Shown here one piece after another: positions 9,431 to 22,890 of a stretch of 64,000 nt of DNA (the stretch's first letter is position 1; every line of letters starts with the position of its first letter). The position numbers and the translations under genes are program-made. Source of the stretch: Podarcis muralis (Eukaryota). The stretch is from NCBI RefSeq assembly GCF_964188315.1, contig NC_135657.1, positions 111,166,001 through 111,230,000 of the forward strand, written 5' to 3'. The notes under the pieces are model-generated. The model did not search any database and had not been told where the DNA came from. It saw only the letters and a program-made list of their open reading frames with translations.

Positions 9431-10348
9431 TACATCCACTTTGTTAGTTTTGTCTTAATACTCCTGCATCCCCAGTAATACGTGAATACGCCTAAGTTTT
9501 ATGGTGATGAGATTCAAGCTTACTGTGTTTTAACTGTGTGGACACAGTATGTTTTCCTAACTGTTATTATATTTAACCTGTATACCTGAGAGAGGAGGGA
9601 ATCACAGTGTATTTGGGCAAAAGTTATTCATGCACCTTGATTCTTCCTTTGATTAGGAAGGATATCCCACACCTCACAAGTGGTGAGGTGGAAACTAAAT
9701 TTATATTCTTTCTTGGTAAGTGGGAAATAAATGGCAAAGACCAAAAGCAGCACTGAAAATATTGATTATTACTGTTAACTTTGCCTGCTTTCTTGTTTGT
9801 TAAGTGCAAGAAAAAATATTGCTGATTTAGATGCTCAAGGAAATTTAATTGCTTGTGCATGATCTTCCATTTTGGATCTGACAAATAACCCCTGTTTCCT
9901 TTGCACATATTCTACTTCAGTGCTAGGATATGTTTCTTGGGTGATAAATGAACAAATTACTTTTGAGCAGTGAGTGGGAGGAATTGGATGAGCATCCCCT
10001 GTGTCCTTCCTCCCTACCCCTTGGCAATGGCTTAGGGATACTTCATTATTTAAACACACAGGGTTGCACTTGCAATGTATGTGCATTTAACCAATGTGAT
10101 TTCAAGTTTATGCACTTGGCAAGCTGGGAGGGTGGGCAGTAGGCTGGGAGGAAAACATAGGCAATTCCACCTGCAATTGCACTTGCATTTGGAGGTGCAG
10201 TTAGAGTGTGTGTGTGACCTTAGGAGAGTATTACAGGCCATTTCCCAGTTTTAAAATGGTTTTTCTGACTACATACAATTGTGGTTTTATGTGCTGTCTC
10301 TGGAACAGAACCCAAACAAAAGATGTGAGTTGATTGTATCTGACTTTA

Positions 10349-10987
10349 CCATACAGTGATGCCTCGCAAGACGAAAATAATCTGTTCCGCGAGTCTCTTC
10401 GTCTAGCGGTTTTTTCGTCTTGCGAAGCAACCCTATTAGCGGCTTAGCGGATTAGTGCTATTAGCGGTTTAGCGGCTTAGCGGCTATTAAAGGCTTAGCG
10501 GCTTAGCGGCTAAAAGGCTATTAGCGGCTTAGCGGCTATTAAAGGCTTAGCGGCTTAGCGGCTAAAAGGCTATTAGCGGCTTAGCGGCTATTAAAGGCTT
10601 AGCGGCTTAGCGGCTAAAAGGCTATTAGCGGCTTAGCGGCTTAGAAAAAGGGGGGAAAGCGAAAAAAATCGCAAGACTCGCAAGACGTTTCCGTCTTGCG
10701 AAGCAAGCCCATAGGGAAAATCATCTTGCGAAGCGCATCGAAAAACGGAAAACCCTTTCGTCTAGCGGGTTTTTCGTCTTGTGAGGCATTCGTCTTGCGG
10801 GGCACCACTGTACTTTCTCGAGTCTAATGCACCATTGAATCTAACATGCACCTCAATTTTCAGAACCTTGAAACAAAAAAAAGTATTTGATGGTGAATGT
10901 AAATGTGCCATCGAATCTAATGCGTACCTTAATTTTCGCAACGCAGTTTGGCCAAAAAAGGTGAGAGTTAGATTCCAGTAAATATGG
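10349..10987. mobile_element. Tc2/pogo-like MITE split by a nested insertion in its left TIR
   Basis: TA-CCATA|[insert]|CTTTCTCGAGTCTAA ... TTAGATTCCAGTAAATATGG-TA. The rejoined left end matches the reverse complement of the right end at 16/20. Confidence 0.7.
10354..10810. mobile_element. MITE family A-related subfamily with an internal TTAGCGGC minisatellite
   Basis: TA-CAGTGATGCCTCGCAAGACGAA ... TTCGTCTTGCGGGGCACCACTG-TA. The right ~145 bp matches the reverse complement of the family A left end. Confidence 0.88.
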
Positions 10988-11157
10988 TAGTGATACTCAG
11001 GAAAGACCCATTGAGATGAATGATATTAAGGTAGTTATGAATATGACTTGTATACAGCCCATTCTGACTTTCATATTCTATATCAATGTGCATGAATAAA
11101 TAGTACTGTGAGGATATTAATGGAGGGCAATTCATGTCTGATTTTTACCCCCAGCAG

Positions 11158-11304
11158 AGTCTGGCAGAGCTAGAAGTTCTTTGTAAACAGCTCTACGAGG
11201 GGACAGACTTAGCACAGCGAATACAAGCAGAAAAGGTGCTATTGGAGCTTATTAATAGTCCTGAATGTCTTAGCCAATGCCAGCTTTTACTGGAACAAGG
11301 AACA
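11158..11304 (+). CDS. RANBP17: RANBP17 exon 2
   Basis: cagcAG|[49 protein letters not shown]|GTaagt; 147 nt, phase 0/0. Confidence 0.97.
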
Positions 11305-12495
11305 GTAAGTGCTTCAAACTTTATTATCTAAATACACATTCATTAAATGCCCATCCTTTCTCTGCTTTTCATAAACCGTAGTGTGAGATTTGAAAGTAGT
11401 GATAATGAACTTTTGTAGATTAAAAGGAGATTCCCTCCAACCCCAATGAAAATAAGTTGGCTGCAACGTAATCATTGGAGGTGCTTTTTCTTCTGCTTGT
11501 TTTGCTTGTTTTGATTTTCAAATGACACCCCCCCCCCCATTATGGATAAGGTTTGTACAAGCATTAATACTTTAGAAGAACATAGCAAATATGTCATATT
11601 TATGCATAAGTTAGGAGCTTACCATTCCACATGATAATGGTTTGGTTTACACAAATGAAATATTAGCTCCCTTGGGTAAAATGGTGAAATCATTCTAGAC
11701 TCTCCAAGTTTATCAGTCTAAAGCTATGATCTGGCAGATCAAATCTATGTATTCAGGTTGAACATCTCTCTTCCTGCTTACGGACAGGGAAAGAGTCCCC
11801 TTAACTTATAGAGCTCAGAGGCAGAAGGGGCCACATTTATGCAGTATGCATTTATGCAGTATGAAGTCTGCAGTAGGGTCTAGAGAGTATGGACTAAATG
11901 TCCTTCAGCCACAGGCAACTTGGTCAGTGATGAGGGATGGTGGGAATTGTAGCCCAAACCATCTGGAGGGTACTGGGTTGTTGTTGGCCGCCATTTGTCT
12001 TGAGAGACAATGGAGTACGCCTCCAGGGATGAAGTCAAATTGCTGTGTTAGCAGCACTGAAGTGACTTCCCTGGGGCGCAAGCCTGGGCAATGTGTATGG
12101 AGGTCCTGGGCTGCCCAGATAACAAACTCCTCTCTTGGCCTCGCTGATGTTGCTTTAGTTGTTCTGAGAGAGCCGTGATTTCAAAGGAGGGACTGTAGGG
12201 TCTATGAAGGTATGACCCTGTGTATATTTTATAGGCATATCCTTGAAAGTAATATATAGCTGTTAGATAAATATAGTACGTGTCTTAATCCCATGTTGCT
12301 TACATAGTAAATCTCAGGACTGAGCTGTAAATTGTATCAAAATGCACACATCCAAGTAAGTAGAGCAAATTTGTCACAGCAAGGTTTTAGGAGATGTGTT
12401 TCTTGTTGCAAGATTATCTTTTTGGATGCTATTTAAGGATTTTTAAAAAATGAATAGTTATTACTGCCACCTGAATTGTGTGCATTTTCCCCTAG

Positions 12496-12586
12496 ACCTC
12501 TTATGCACAACTGTTAGCAGCAACATGCCTCTCAAAACTTGTGTGCAAAACACCTCCTTTACCTGTTCAGCAAAGGATGGACATCA
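12496..12586 (+). CDS. RANBP17: RANBP17 exon 3
   Basis: cctAG|[30 protein letters not shown](R)|GTaagt; 91 nt. Confidence 0.97.
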
Positions 12587-13655
12587 GTAAGTATTATTTA
12601 TTCCTTTCAGTATTGCAGTAGGGTATTTTTTTGTGTAATGATACAAATTTCAAATTGCCCTAGTAGTTAGTCAAAGAGTTTAAGATTGCCAGTCAGAATG
12701 ATTTTAGGTGTTCTTCATTTATAGCTGCTATATACTTTATCATTCTTTGAAAAACTGTTGATGTTTCTAACTTCCAGAAAAATCAGATTAAGATGTGATA
12801 AAGATGTGATCCAGAATTTGTGTTGTCCTTTATTTTTTATGGGACAAAATGTGTAAACATGTGGGTGTGTTTGTATTGCATGAATTAAAAAGCCTAAGAA
12901 TTTGATCAGGAGCCTAGGTACATGTATGTCCTTGTTGTAAATGCATTTATTTTAAACTGTCCCATTGCTTTCAGTAGTACTGAACTCAAATACTTTTAGG
13001 TCTACTCCCTTAACTAGGTTTGATCTGTCAAACAAATGCAGCAGCAGGCATCTTCCTCACCTGCTTTATAATAAAAATAAAAAATAAATGTTAATAGATG
13101 TGCTAACAAAAAATGACTTCAGTTGCTCCACATAAGATATATTTTGTATTTGGGTGTGGGCATAAGAGTACAAAATTCACAAATATCTGTGACTCTTTCA
13201 TAATTAATGTGGTACATGCGTGCTTGGGTATCAGTCCCTTAGTATAAAAGTCTTGTAAGACATGACCTTCAGTATTTATTGAAATGACCTAAAATATGGA
13301 GTTAGTTTATCAGTTAATAACAAAGGAAAAGTATGTTTTATCTGGGGTATTTTGGAGAAGTCAGCTACATATTGAATTGTGCAGCAGCTCCATCAAAACC
13401 AGCCCATTTTGTGATTGACGCTCTTGTTTAAGTCTAAGCTTAAGTCTCCTTCTTGTTTAAGGAACCTATGTATGTGGGGTTAGCATCAAATATTTGCTTA
13501 GCTCTTTAGGCTTCAGTAATAAAGAGTTTTGCTAATAGTACTTGCCTATAGTTCTAGTCCAGGGACTTAACATTTAAGGGAGACAAACCATATTTGGATC
13601 TTTATTCTGAACCATGCTGTCATGAGCATGTTGCCTACTTGTATCAATGATGGTA

Positions 13656-13989
13656 AAGGTAAAGGGACCCCTGACCATTAGGTCCAGTCGTGACTGACTC
13701 TGGGGTTGTGGCGATCATCTCACTTTATTGGCCGAGGGAGTCGGCGTACAGCCAGCATGACTAAGCCGCTTCTGGCGAACCAGAGCAGCACACGGAAACG
13801 CTGTTTACCTTCCCGCCGGAGCGGTACCTATTTATCTACTTGCACTTTGACGTGCTTTTGAACTGCTAGGTTGGCAGGAGCAGGGACCGAGCAATGGGAG
13901 CTCACCCCGTTGCGGGGATTCGAACCGCCGACCTTCTGATCGGCAAGTCCTAGACTCTGTGGTTTAACCCACAGCGCCACCCGTGTCCC
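13656..13989 (-). mobile_element. Sauria SINE, full length
   Basis: tRNA-like head with A box (TGGCGCTGTGG) and B box (GGTTCGAATCC) on the minus strand; 13-bp TSD ATCAATGATGGTA (13643-13655, 13993-14005). Confidence 0.93.
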
Positions 13990-14923
13990 GGGATCAATGA
14001 TGGTAGAGAGCTGATTAAAATAAACAGAACATCTGGAGCTGATATGGTTGCTTGGCTAATTTCTTGTTTAATACAGAGACTTTTCAGACGCTCATCTTCA
14101 CAGATTCTGAAATAATATCTCCAAGTAAACCTGGCACCAAGCTGTTTAGGGCTCATTGATAGGCAAGAGGCTTTAGGATAAATGGGGGAAAGTGAATACT
14201 TGTAAAGGGGGAGAAAAGATTTATTTATAGAATGTTGTAATGAAATAAGCCTTCTAAGAAATTAAAAAGCAAAATAGCACCCTGACATAGCATAATCAAA
14301 CCAAACTAACCAAAATAATAGGGCACATGGTGATTGATTCCAGTTGGCAACTGGAAGCTCACAAGGTATAGCATACACAAGTTTCCTGCAGGGTCTTGTC
14401 TGCCAGGAAACACCAAACAGTTGTGGAATCTTTAGAGAACTAAAAGTGAGTCTGGTAAGCTGTTCCCATAACCTTGGTAGTTTTGTTGAGTTATAGCAGA
14501 AGTAGCCAGTGTGCTTGTTCTGTAACACCCATTGGCCCTGTCCAGTATGGCCAGTGATTTGGGGTGATGGAATCTGTAATCCCCACAGAGACAATCAGGC
14601 ACTGTTTTCGCTATCCCTGAGCTTTGGTTTTGGTATGGAAGCACTATGCTTATGAACAGCACTGGACATTTTTCTTGTACATTCAGCTGACATGTTCGGC
14701 CTTCTCAAAAATACTATTTCTTGAGTAATTGTACTTTAATAATAGCACTAGAATACCTGCACTTGCCTTTGAAGCATTTAATTAGGAATATTACTATGCA
14801 GTTTTCAAGATCTGGTCTTCTGGAGACTCAATCCGTGTATTTCACAGTAACAGCATAACTTAGAACAACTTGATGCATTGAACATAAAATAATTTTGATT
14901 TAATTTTTGGTATTTCGGTACAG

Positions 14924-15090
14924 GAAACTACATATTAAACTATGTTGCATCTCGACCAAAACTGGCCCTTTTTGTGATCCAAGCTCTTGTTCAAGTAATT
15001 GCTAAGATCACAAAGCTGGGTTGGTTTGATGTTCAGAAAGACCAGCTCATCTTTAGAGACATTATTGCTGATGTTAAAAAGTTTTTGCAG
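14924..15090 (+). CDS. RANBP17: RANBP17 exon 4
   Basis: tacAG|(R)[55 protein letters not shown]|GTaaga; 167 nt. Confidence 0.97.
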
Positions 15091-17509
15091 GTAAGAGAAA
15101 GTGAACATGACTGCTTGTTAAAAACATTTCTGTATTATATATAGTAGTCACATATTTTAAATGCCATATGATCCTAAGGAGGAGACACAGAATGGAGAAA
15201 GTAGTTCAGTCAGCTGCAAATTGTACGATTAAGAACTGCCTGAAATATAAAAGAAGAGCCGACTTAAGGCGGAGACTATTTATGATTTTGTCATGAGAAC
15301 TGTGCTGTAGAAAATGATGCAACTGGATGAAAAATGGATGTAAAAATGTAGCATTGAAATAGACCTCTTGCTAGTGTCATGTTGCATTGGCACTAAGGAG
15401 ATGTATGGGGCTTCCGGGGAGGTGATGCTAAAAACAGTTGGTTGCATCTCCTTTCAATAATTTCTGCTCTGTACTGGTACTTTCTTCCATGTCGGTCCAG
15501 CAGTGCCAGGGGTTGCTGCTGAGTGGAGCTAGCTTCTAGTGCTGAATAAAAACAATGATGTGTCATTTGCACCAAAGTTTCCTTTGCCTGTTAATAGTAG
15601 GGGCAGCATATGTAGAGACTCTGGTGAATGAGAAGGCTTTTGTATATACAGGAAATCCACATGCATATGAAGCCCCAACCAGATTTGGGAAGCTATGCTA
15701 ACCCAAGTAGATAAGAGGGGATCCATTTATTTTATATTAAATATTCTGTTTTGTGTTGTTCGACTCCAGCTCCCATCATTCCTGACCTTTGGTCATGCTG
15801 GCTGGGGCTGATGGGAGTTGGAGTCCAACAACATCTGGAGGGCCACCCCTGCTATAAACTCAAACCTTCAAGAAATAACAAGAGTTAAGGTAATGCCCAA
15901 GTCCTGGAAATGCCTGTTTAAGGTTTTCCCTACCTATGGGTGGTGCTTACCTTGAGAAATAATTGATAATTTATACCCAGGACTGTGTGTTGATTCTCTT
16001 CTTGTGATTCTTATGGCCAAGATGGTTGCTGTCATGCTCCTGTCTTCTCACCTGTTCAGTTCAATAGTTTTAAAAATTTAAATAGAAAAGGCACTTCATT
16101 TGTTTCAAATTATGTAAGGCAAGGGGAGTTAAAAGAGGAAGGCAGTTTCCAAGGGGGTTATTTTTCTGTGTGGGGAAATGAGTTCCCTTAACTTGGAATG
16201 AGAAATGTATTTTTATCATCAAAGCTTAGATTAGGTAGTTTTTGCTACCTAGCCTAGGTGGAAGTAGAGTTGTCATGGAATTTTTACAAATTAATTTGAA
16301 AGTAAGTAGTAGCTGCAAACTGAATATTCAAACCAAAGTGGTGGATTGAGTGTTTTTCCTCCTGGTAAATCTTTGATGCTTGCCAACCACAACTCCTTTT
16401 GTCAGATAAAATCTCTAGCACTGAGTGGGAGTGGTGAAGGAGATAAGGAATTATTTAGCAAAGCGAACTTATGATTGTGAGACTTAGATTTATTGGTGCT
16501 CAAAAAGTGTTTGATATACTTTTATCTGAGTAATCCTTCCCAGAGTGTGGTATGAGGGAGCAGTATTATGGGAAAAGGACTGACTGTAAGAGTTGTTTGT
16601 CTTAGGCTACCCAATATGTTAATGGCTAAATGAGATTTAAACTGATCCTGGTTTCACAAATGTGAAACCATCTCCTGTTAAATGTCATTATATTCTGTTT
16701 CTATTTTTGCATGAGGGGGGAAAGCTGATAATATGTTACAGTTAATGCACTTTAAAATCATTAGGAAAGTGTAATAAAAATGGCCTTGTGTTCATTAACA
16801 ACAAATATGGGAAGAATACTGCGGCTGTTTTGCAGTTATTTTTATTAATGTAATTTGATTTTACATTTATTATTAAAATGTTTGAAGTGTGAATCTGCTG
16901 TAGTTAATTCATTAATAATAGAGATTCAGACTCAAAACTTTGCTTCTTGGGAGACTTCCTTCACTGAATTATTTTCCTTTGAGAGACAAAATGAAACCAT
17001 ATTTCTAATTCCCGGCTGAACTTACCATTTAAAATAGAGATGTTGATCAGCAATAAATATTAAGTCTTGGGCACAAGTGTTTGGATGGTCATTAAATAGG
17101 GGAAAATGGGGAGGGGGAGTCCAGTTTAAATTTGTAAATATATCTGTCTTGCCTAGTATAGCAGTAAGTTTGCCAGCCATTCCTGGAGTTTGGCTGTGTA
17201 GGGCTGTGGAATGGTTTGTTCTGATTGCCTAAGACATTGAGGAGCCAAGGCCAATTTGAGTAGATGGCACTTAACTGGGTTAGCAAGACTAATACTCTGA
17301 ACTAATATAAGGCAACCTCATGGGCTTGTGTTAGCAGAGAAACTCCCTCCTCCCTGATATAGGCATTCAGGTGTTAGTACTTGTGGGTACTGAATTCTGA
17401 AGGGGCCGCGAGAATGTATGGGGATAGCCCTACCTACTTGATGACGTTTGTGCTGGCCATCATATTTGTTATGATAATATGGATAAAAATGGCCAGATTC
17501 GTCTTAACT

Positions 17510-17639
17510 CAGTGTTTCCCAAACTTGGGTCTCCTGCTGCTTTCAGACTATAATTCCCACCATCACTGATGCTTGCTTGCTAGGGATGATGGGAGTTGTA
17601 GTCCAGAAGCAGCTGGAGACCCAGGTTTGGGAAACCTTG
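17510..17639. mobile_element. Short palindromic hAT-type MITE
   Basis: CAGTGTTTCCCAAACTTGGGTCTCC ... GGAGACCCAGGTTTGGGAAACCTTG foldback; related to 35374-35509. Confidence 0.8.
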
Positions 17640-17866
17640 CTCTAGCAGAAGCTAGTGTAAGGGCTCTTGCTAGCTCAGTGGTCTTCCTCTTCTCCTCCCC
17701 ACTATGTACCCTGTTCCTTCCACCAAATCTTCTCTGCAGGGTTGGGAGAAATGCTTCAGCTGACAGAATGATCAGAAAAGCACGGTGCTGAATACCTACC
17801 TGAGATTAAAAGCCACCTAAAACATTCATTTTGGAACATTAACACTTTTTTCCCTATATGCTGTAG

Positions 17867-17932
17867 GGGACTGTGGACCACTGCATAATAGGAGTAATGA
17901 TTCTTTCAGAACTGACTCAGGAAATGAATTTT
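17867..17932 (+). CDS. RANBP17: RANBP17 exon 5
   Basis: ctgtAG|GTVDHCIIGVMILSELTQEMNF|GTaagt; 66 nt. Confidence 0.96.
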
Positions 17933-19437
17933 GTAAGTGCACTTCTTTCCTCTGGAAATTCTTTTACGCTGTCAAGAGAATGGTCAGAGTGTCTTATGGG
18001 GCTGAAAATTGGGAAGCTGCTGTACATTGTAAAAAGTAAAAAAATTGCCTAAGAAAGGTTTTTAATGGAATGAAGCAGAGAAATGGGTTGCAGGGAATGT
18101 GGCCCATCCAACAGTTGCTAGAATCAGTTATAATACTCTGAAAAAGGACAAAGAAACCACATGCCGCCCCCCAGCCACATCAAGTAATCACACTTTCCCG
18201 TGCAACACAGAAGTGCAGGCAAATGCACCCTGCATATAGGAAATAGGTTAAGAGAGGAAAGATGCAGAAATGTTCTCTCACTTGTTCTTCAGCTTTTAAT
18301 AATCCTATCCACATCCCACTAAGGGCTGCAAAGACTATTAGTCTTTATCATTTTGGAGGAAACCAAAGAGAAGATTGAAGGGAAGGAGAGCAGGGTTCTT
18401 GATTGTCATTATTTGCATTAGCTTGCCTTTGCTTTGAAGTATAATCCAAGGTGATACTTTAAAGTGGCATTTTCTTCTCCCCTTGAACCTTGCATGTGGT
18501 GTTTAGCGTGGCCAATTTTAGGTTTGATAATGGTCATCAGAAAAAGTTGTGCTATGCAAATTGACCTGGTAGATGTACATTCTTAACAGATATGTACCAT
18601 CTGTTGCTGATTGTAATTTTTGCTATAGAGAAGGCTAGTATATGGATGTTTCTCGTGTGTGTGTGATGACGTCTCCACTAAAATGGTGAGGGAGTTACGC
18701 TTAGCAATGTGAATTTTTTTAGCAGTTCAACTTGCACAATATGGGTTGGTGTGATGCAATTATAGAGATGCAGAAATTTAGTAAGTGATTTAAGTCTTGT
18801 GAATGCATCCTAAGAATTTTTAGGAGTTCTGCTTAATCCTTATCCTACATGGAATGATTGTCCTTTATACTTTGTTCCATATCTTCTGGTTTCATATCAA
18901 TATGATCTTTTGCAAATTCAATTGAATCAGTGGGACTTGACCCTAACATACAGGTTTGCATTGAGGTGTCACTGCTGGCTTTGCAAAGTAGCTTGGCTGC
19001 ACTTATGAAGGAACTGTCCACCATAATGACTGAATATTCTAAACTAAGTGTCCTGGTATTAGATATGTATAGTTATGGTACAGATTCTGTATGTCTGGAG
19101 GACTATTTTTCTGAATGACTTTCTCCACTTGAACTCTGTTCCTGTTCATTTTAGAGCACATGCCCCACAGTAATTTCAGACCCACTTGTATTTTGCATGG
19201 ATATTGAGTTCCAGACAGAAGTCAAATTTGTATATCTGTTTCAAATTAGGCTTAACACAAATAGAGGGAAACAAAACTAAGAACATGTGGGTAAGGAGGA
19301 TCATATGAATTAAATAATAGGATGTAGACCTCCTGTTGCGCAATAATTTTCTTGTAGCTCACATACAAGTAATATGTTTTATCAAGCCAAAATGAAGAGA
19401 CACTGATTCTGAAGTGTTTTTTAATTTTTATTTTAAG

Positions 19438-19542
19438 GTTGATTATTCTAGACCTTCATCAAAGCATCGTAAAATAGCTACCTCGTTTCGTGATACTACT
19501 TTAAAAGACATTTTGATGCTGGCATGCTCGCTGTTGAAAGAG
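19438..19542 (+). CDS. RANBP17: RANBP17 exon 6
   Basis: tttaAG|VDYSRPSSKHRKIATSFRDTTLKDILMLACSLLKE|GTaggc; 105 nt. Confidence 0.97.
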
Positions 19543-21019
19543 GTAGGCCTAAACACAAGCTGTATTATAAAGATAGAATTTCAGCAATGCAGAAATCTTT
19601 TGCCCACCATGGGGCTCAAACTCACTACCCTGAGATTAAGAGTCTCATGCTGTACCGACTGAGCCATCCCAGCGTTACCCAAGTGGCTAATAATTGCATT
19701 TGTTTTTGAGCAAAATTAGTATGCCACCAGAACATTGTTTGCTGTTGAACAACAACAGAATAGAACATAGTAGACTAGAGATGAATTCACGATTGGAATC
19801 AGATGCAGAATATACATCTGTACCTGTCTATGATAAGTCTAACTGGCTTATGAATTCAGCCTGAAACAGAACTCTTGCCAGTAAAGCTCACATATGCTGG
19901 GTTTTTAACACATAATACTCTTTGCTCTTGTCTCCACTTAAATTTCTGAAGCATGATGGTGGTTTATATTGCTACTTTATTTTTTGAATAAACCAAGAGA
20001 AGTGATTTTTGCTTGTTGTTGTTGTTATTTATTATTATTAATTGAATTTATATACTGCCCTATACCAGGGGGTCTCAGAATGGTTATCGTTGGATTGGTT
20101 ACCGTTGGATGTCAAGGCAAACCACAGGGTACAATTCAGTGCTATGCTACTATAGTTGTTCCACCAGTGCAAAAATTTCAGCTTGCCAGACAGAATGATT
20201 CACCCCACATACTGTTCTGGGAATTCTCCAGATCCCCCAGAGCCCATTGGGAGAGGCAGGAGGGGAAGTCACATTGCAATAGCAGAACTGAGTCCACTGG
20301 CTTCCACAAGTGTGCCTATTTAGTTAAATCCAGCCCATAGTTCATATTTTACCATGAATGTTCAGATAGCTCCCATGTAGTGTTTCCCACAGTGAGAGCA
20401 GCAAACCAGGATCCTTGGCTTGCAATGATAAATTATGCTGGCGATCATAGTTCATTTTTTGCTTTGCACAGTGCATAGTTAAACTGCAGCATTCCTTTCC
20501 ACAAGATGACCACCAACTTTAGTTATTTTAAAAGCAGGTTAGACAAATTTATGGAGGATAAGGATATAAATGGAAACTAGCCATGATTGCTATGTTCTGT
20601 GCCTCTGAATAGCAGTTGCTAGGGAGCACAAATTTATTAATTTGTTTTTATTTATTAAACTTGCATACTGCCCTTCATTCATAGATCCTAAGGAGGTTCA
20701 CAAATGGGGAGATCGTTGCTACATTCATATCCCACTTGTGGGCTTTCTGTAGGCTTTTGGATGCTGGACATGCTGGACCTTTGATCTGATCCACCAAGGC
20801 TCTTCTCATCTTTATGGTGTGACCTGATGGTGATTTGTATGAGCCCCAAAAAACCCCCACAGCCCCTTGTTTGGACATATTGCTAGGAGAGGGATCATGC
20901 TTTGTTGCTCTCAATAGGTGAGGAAGGAAGAAGCTTCTGTCTGCGAGGTCGACTATGATATGTGAATGTGGCCAGTTACTGACACACACTTCTTTTTTCT
21001 TTTTTTGGTTTGGATTTAG

Positions 21020-21185
21020 ATGTTGGCAAAACCATTAAATCTTCAGGATCAGCAACAACAAAATCTAGCAATGCACCTTTTGAAACTTGTCCTCAATTGT
21101 CTTAACTATGACTTCATTGGCAGTTCAGCAGATGAATCTGCAGATGATCTGTGCACTGTACAGATCCCAACAAACTGGAGATCAA
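21020..21185 (+). CDS. RANBP17: RANBP17 exon 7
   Basis: tttAG|[55 protein letters not shown]|GTaaga; 166 nt. Confidence 0.97.
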
Positions 21186-22690
21186 GTAAGAGAATTAATT
21201 AATGGTGATAACCTAACATTTTAGGTGGTGCCCATGACTATACACAATTGAAGTTGAATATCTGTTTTGCATCTAAAGGCATTCTATCTTATGGGGGTAT
21301 TTTTGATCATGATATTAGTTGCAAAAAAAATATTCTATGGGTTGGGAGAGGAACTGACACGGCAAAACTTCCCATATTTCACAGCTCACAACCATTTGCA
21401 GTCTCACACCTTAATTCCCTGAACTTGGACAGTAGTCCTGGGCAGAATTGAACTCTTTGCATGTGAAGTGTGAGCCACGCAGTCAGTATGTAATGTAAGG
21501 GACCATGGGTTATATTTGTCATATGTGATGCTTCAGGGTGGTTGGTATCCAATGAAATAATCTTGTACTAATTTTGTTTCTTTTCCCCTGCTAGCCTCTG
21601 AAGTGTTAGTATTAATAATACAGGGGCACAATGATGTACTATGGAGTTCCATGATACTAAGACTATAATATACCCTAAAAACAGGGATCACCAACCATTT
21701 TTGGTCAGTGGGCACATTTGGAATTTTGAGGAAGTGCCAAGGGGCAACAGTCACAAAAATCCCCTCATTCTTTTTTCCTTCACCTTTTCTTATTCTTTCC
21801 CTCCTGAATATTCCCCTTAATACCCTTCCTTCCCATTGCCCATCTAGCTGTTCTTCTATAATTGCTGTTTTGCAAATATTCTCTTGAAAAAGTGCAGGTG
21901 AATCCATGCCCAACTAACAGTGATATTGCTCCCAGTCCTTCCCTATCTAAATAGAATGTTTCATTGAACCCATCCTTAGTGGTGAAAACTGCTTTAAGTT
22001 AATAATTCTTTAGCGGAAGAGAAGTTAATGAAAGTTAAAATGGGCAACGTGTATACAGCAGCAACAGTCTGCAGAGTGCAATCTTTATTTTCTCTCTAGT
22101 ACATCCATTTTGCCTACTCTGGAAGCTTTTAAATAGTGTACATTGTTGCTGCAGTGGTTGCTTCGTTGGTCCATTAGAAAGCTTCGGTTGGATAATGTAC
22201 TTAAGAAGTATGTGCAAACTATACTCTTTGGGCCTCCCTACCTTCCAGCTGCTGTGCTTTGTGCTGAACAGCTTTTTAAAAATGTCAGCCTTTCACTTTG
22301 GAGGGGCAGTAGTAAAGACTGAGATGACTGTTCACATTTTGTGTATATATTGCTAAAGTTTGTTCCTGGAATGTTTTCCCTTCTCTACTGTTTGAAAAGA
22401 GATTTTAGTTTAAAAGGAACTTTTCAAAGCAGAGTTCTATATACCTGTAATATTTGTGTATTTTGTGGGACATTTTAAAAAACCAGTAAGCATACATAAT
22501 GTTAAAATGGCAAACGGTACTGTTTCATTGTGTTAATAGAAAGCTATTCAGGTCATGAAACAAAAACTGTTGGTTTTCAGGGATACGCTAAAACCTGACA
22601 TAGGCTGTGAACAAGAACTTTATATTCGCTCTGTCCTAAACATAACTCTGACAACCAATGAAACGGGGAACAGGGCTATGGTTTGGTTTA

Positions 22691-22890
22691 CAGTGGTACC
22701 TTGGTTCTCGAACTTAATCCGTTTCGGGAGTCCATTCAACTCCCGAAACCTTTCGAAAACCAAGGCGTGGCTTCTGATTGACTGCAGGAGCTTCCTGCAC
22801 TCAAGTGGAAGCCGTGTCAGATGTTCGGCTTGCGAAAAACATTCGCAAACTGGAACACTTACTTCCGGGTTTGCAGTGTTTGGGAGCCAG
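22691..22890. mobile_element. Tigger-like MITE, right end missing
   Basis: TA-CAGTGGTACCTTGGTTCTCGAAC left TIR; no matching right TIR found. Confidence 0.7.

Noticed and set aside
10436-10644. Regular repeat resembling a CRISPR array or telomeric repeat
   Set aside because: Vertebrate intron, no unique spacers, no cas genes, and the unit is TTAGCGGC rather than TTAGGG; it is a minisatellite inside a MITE.
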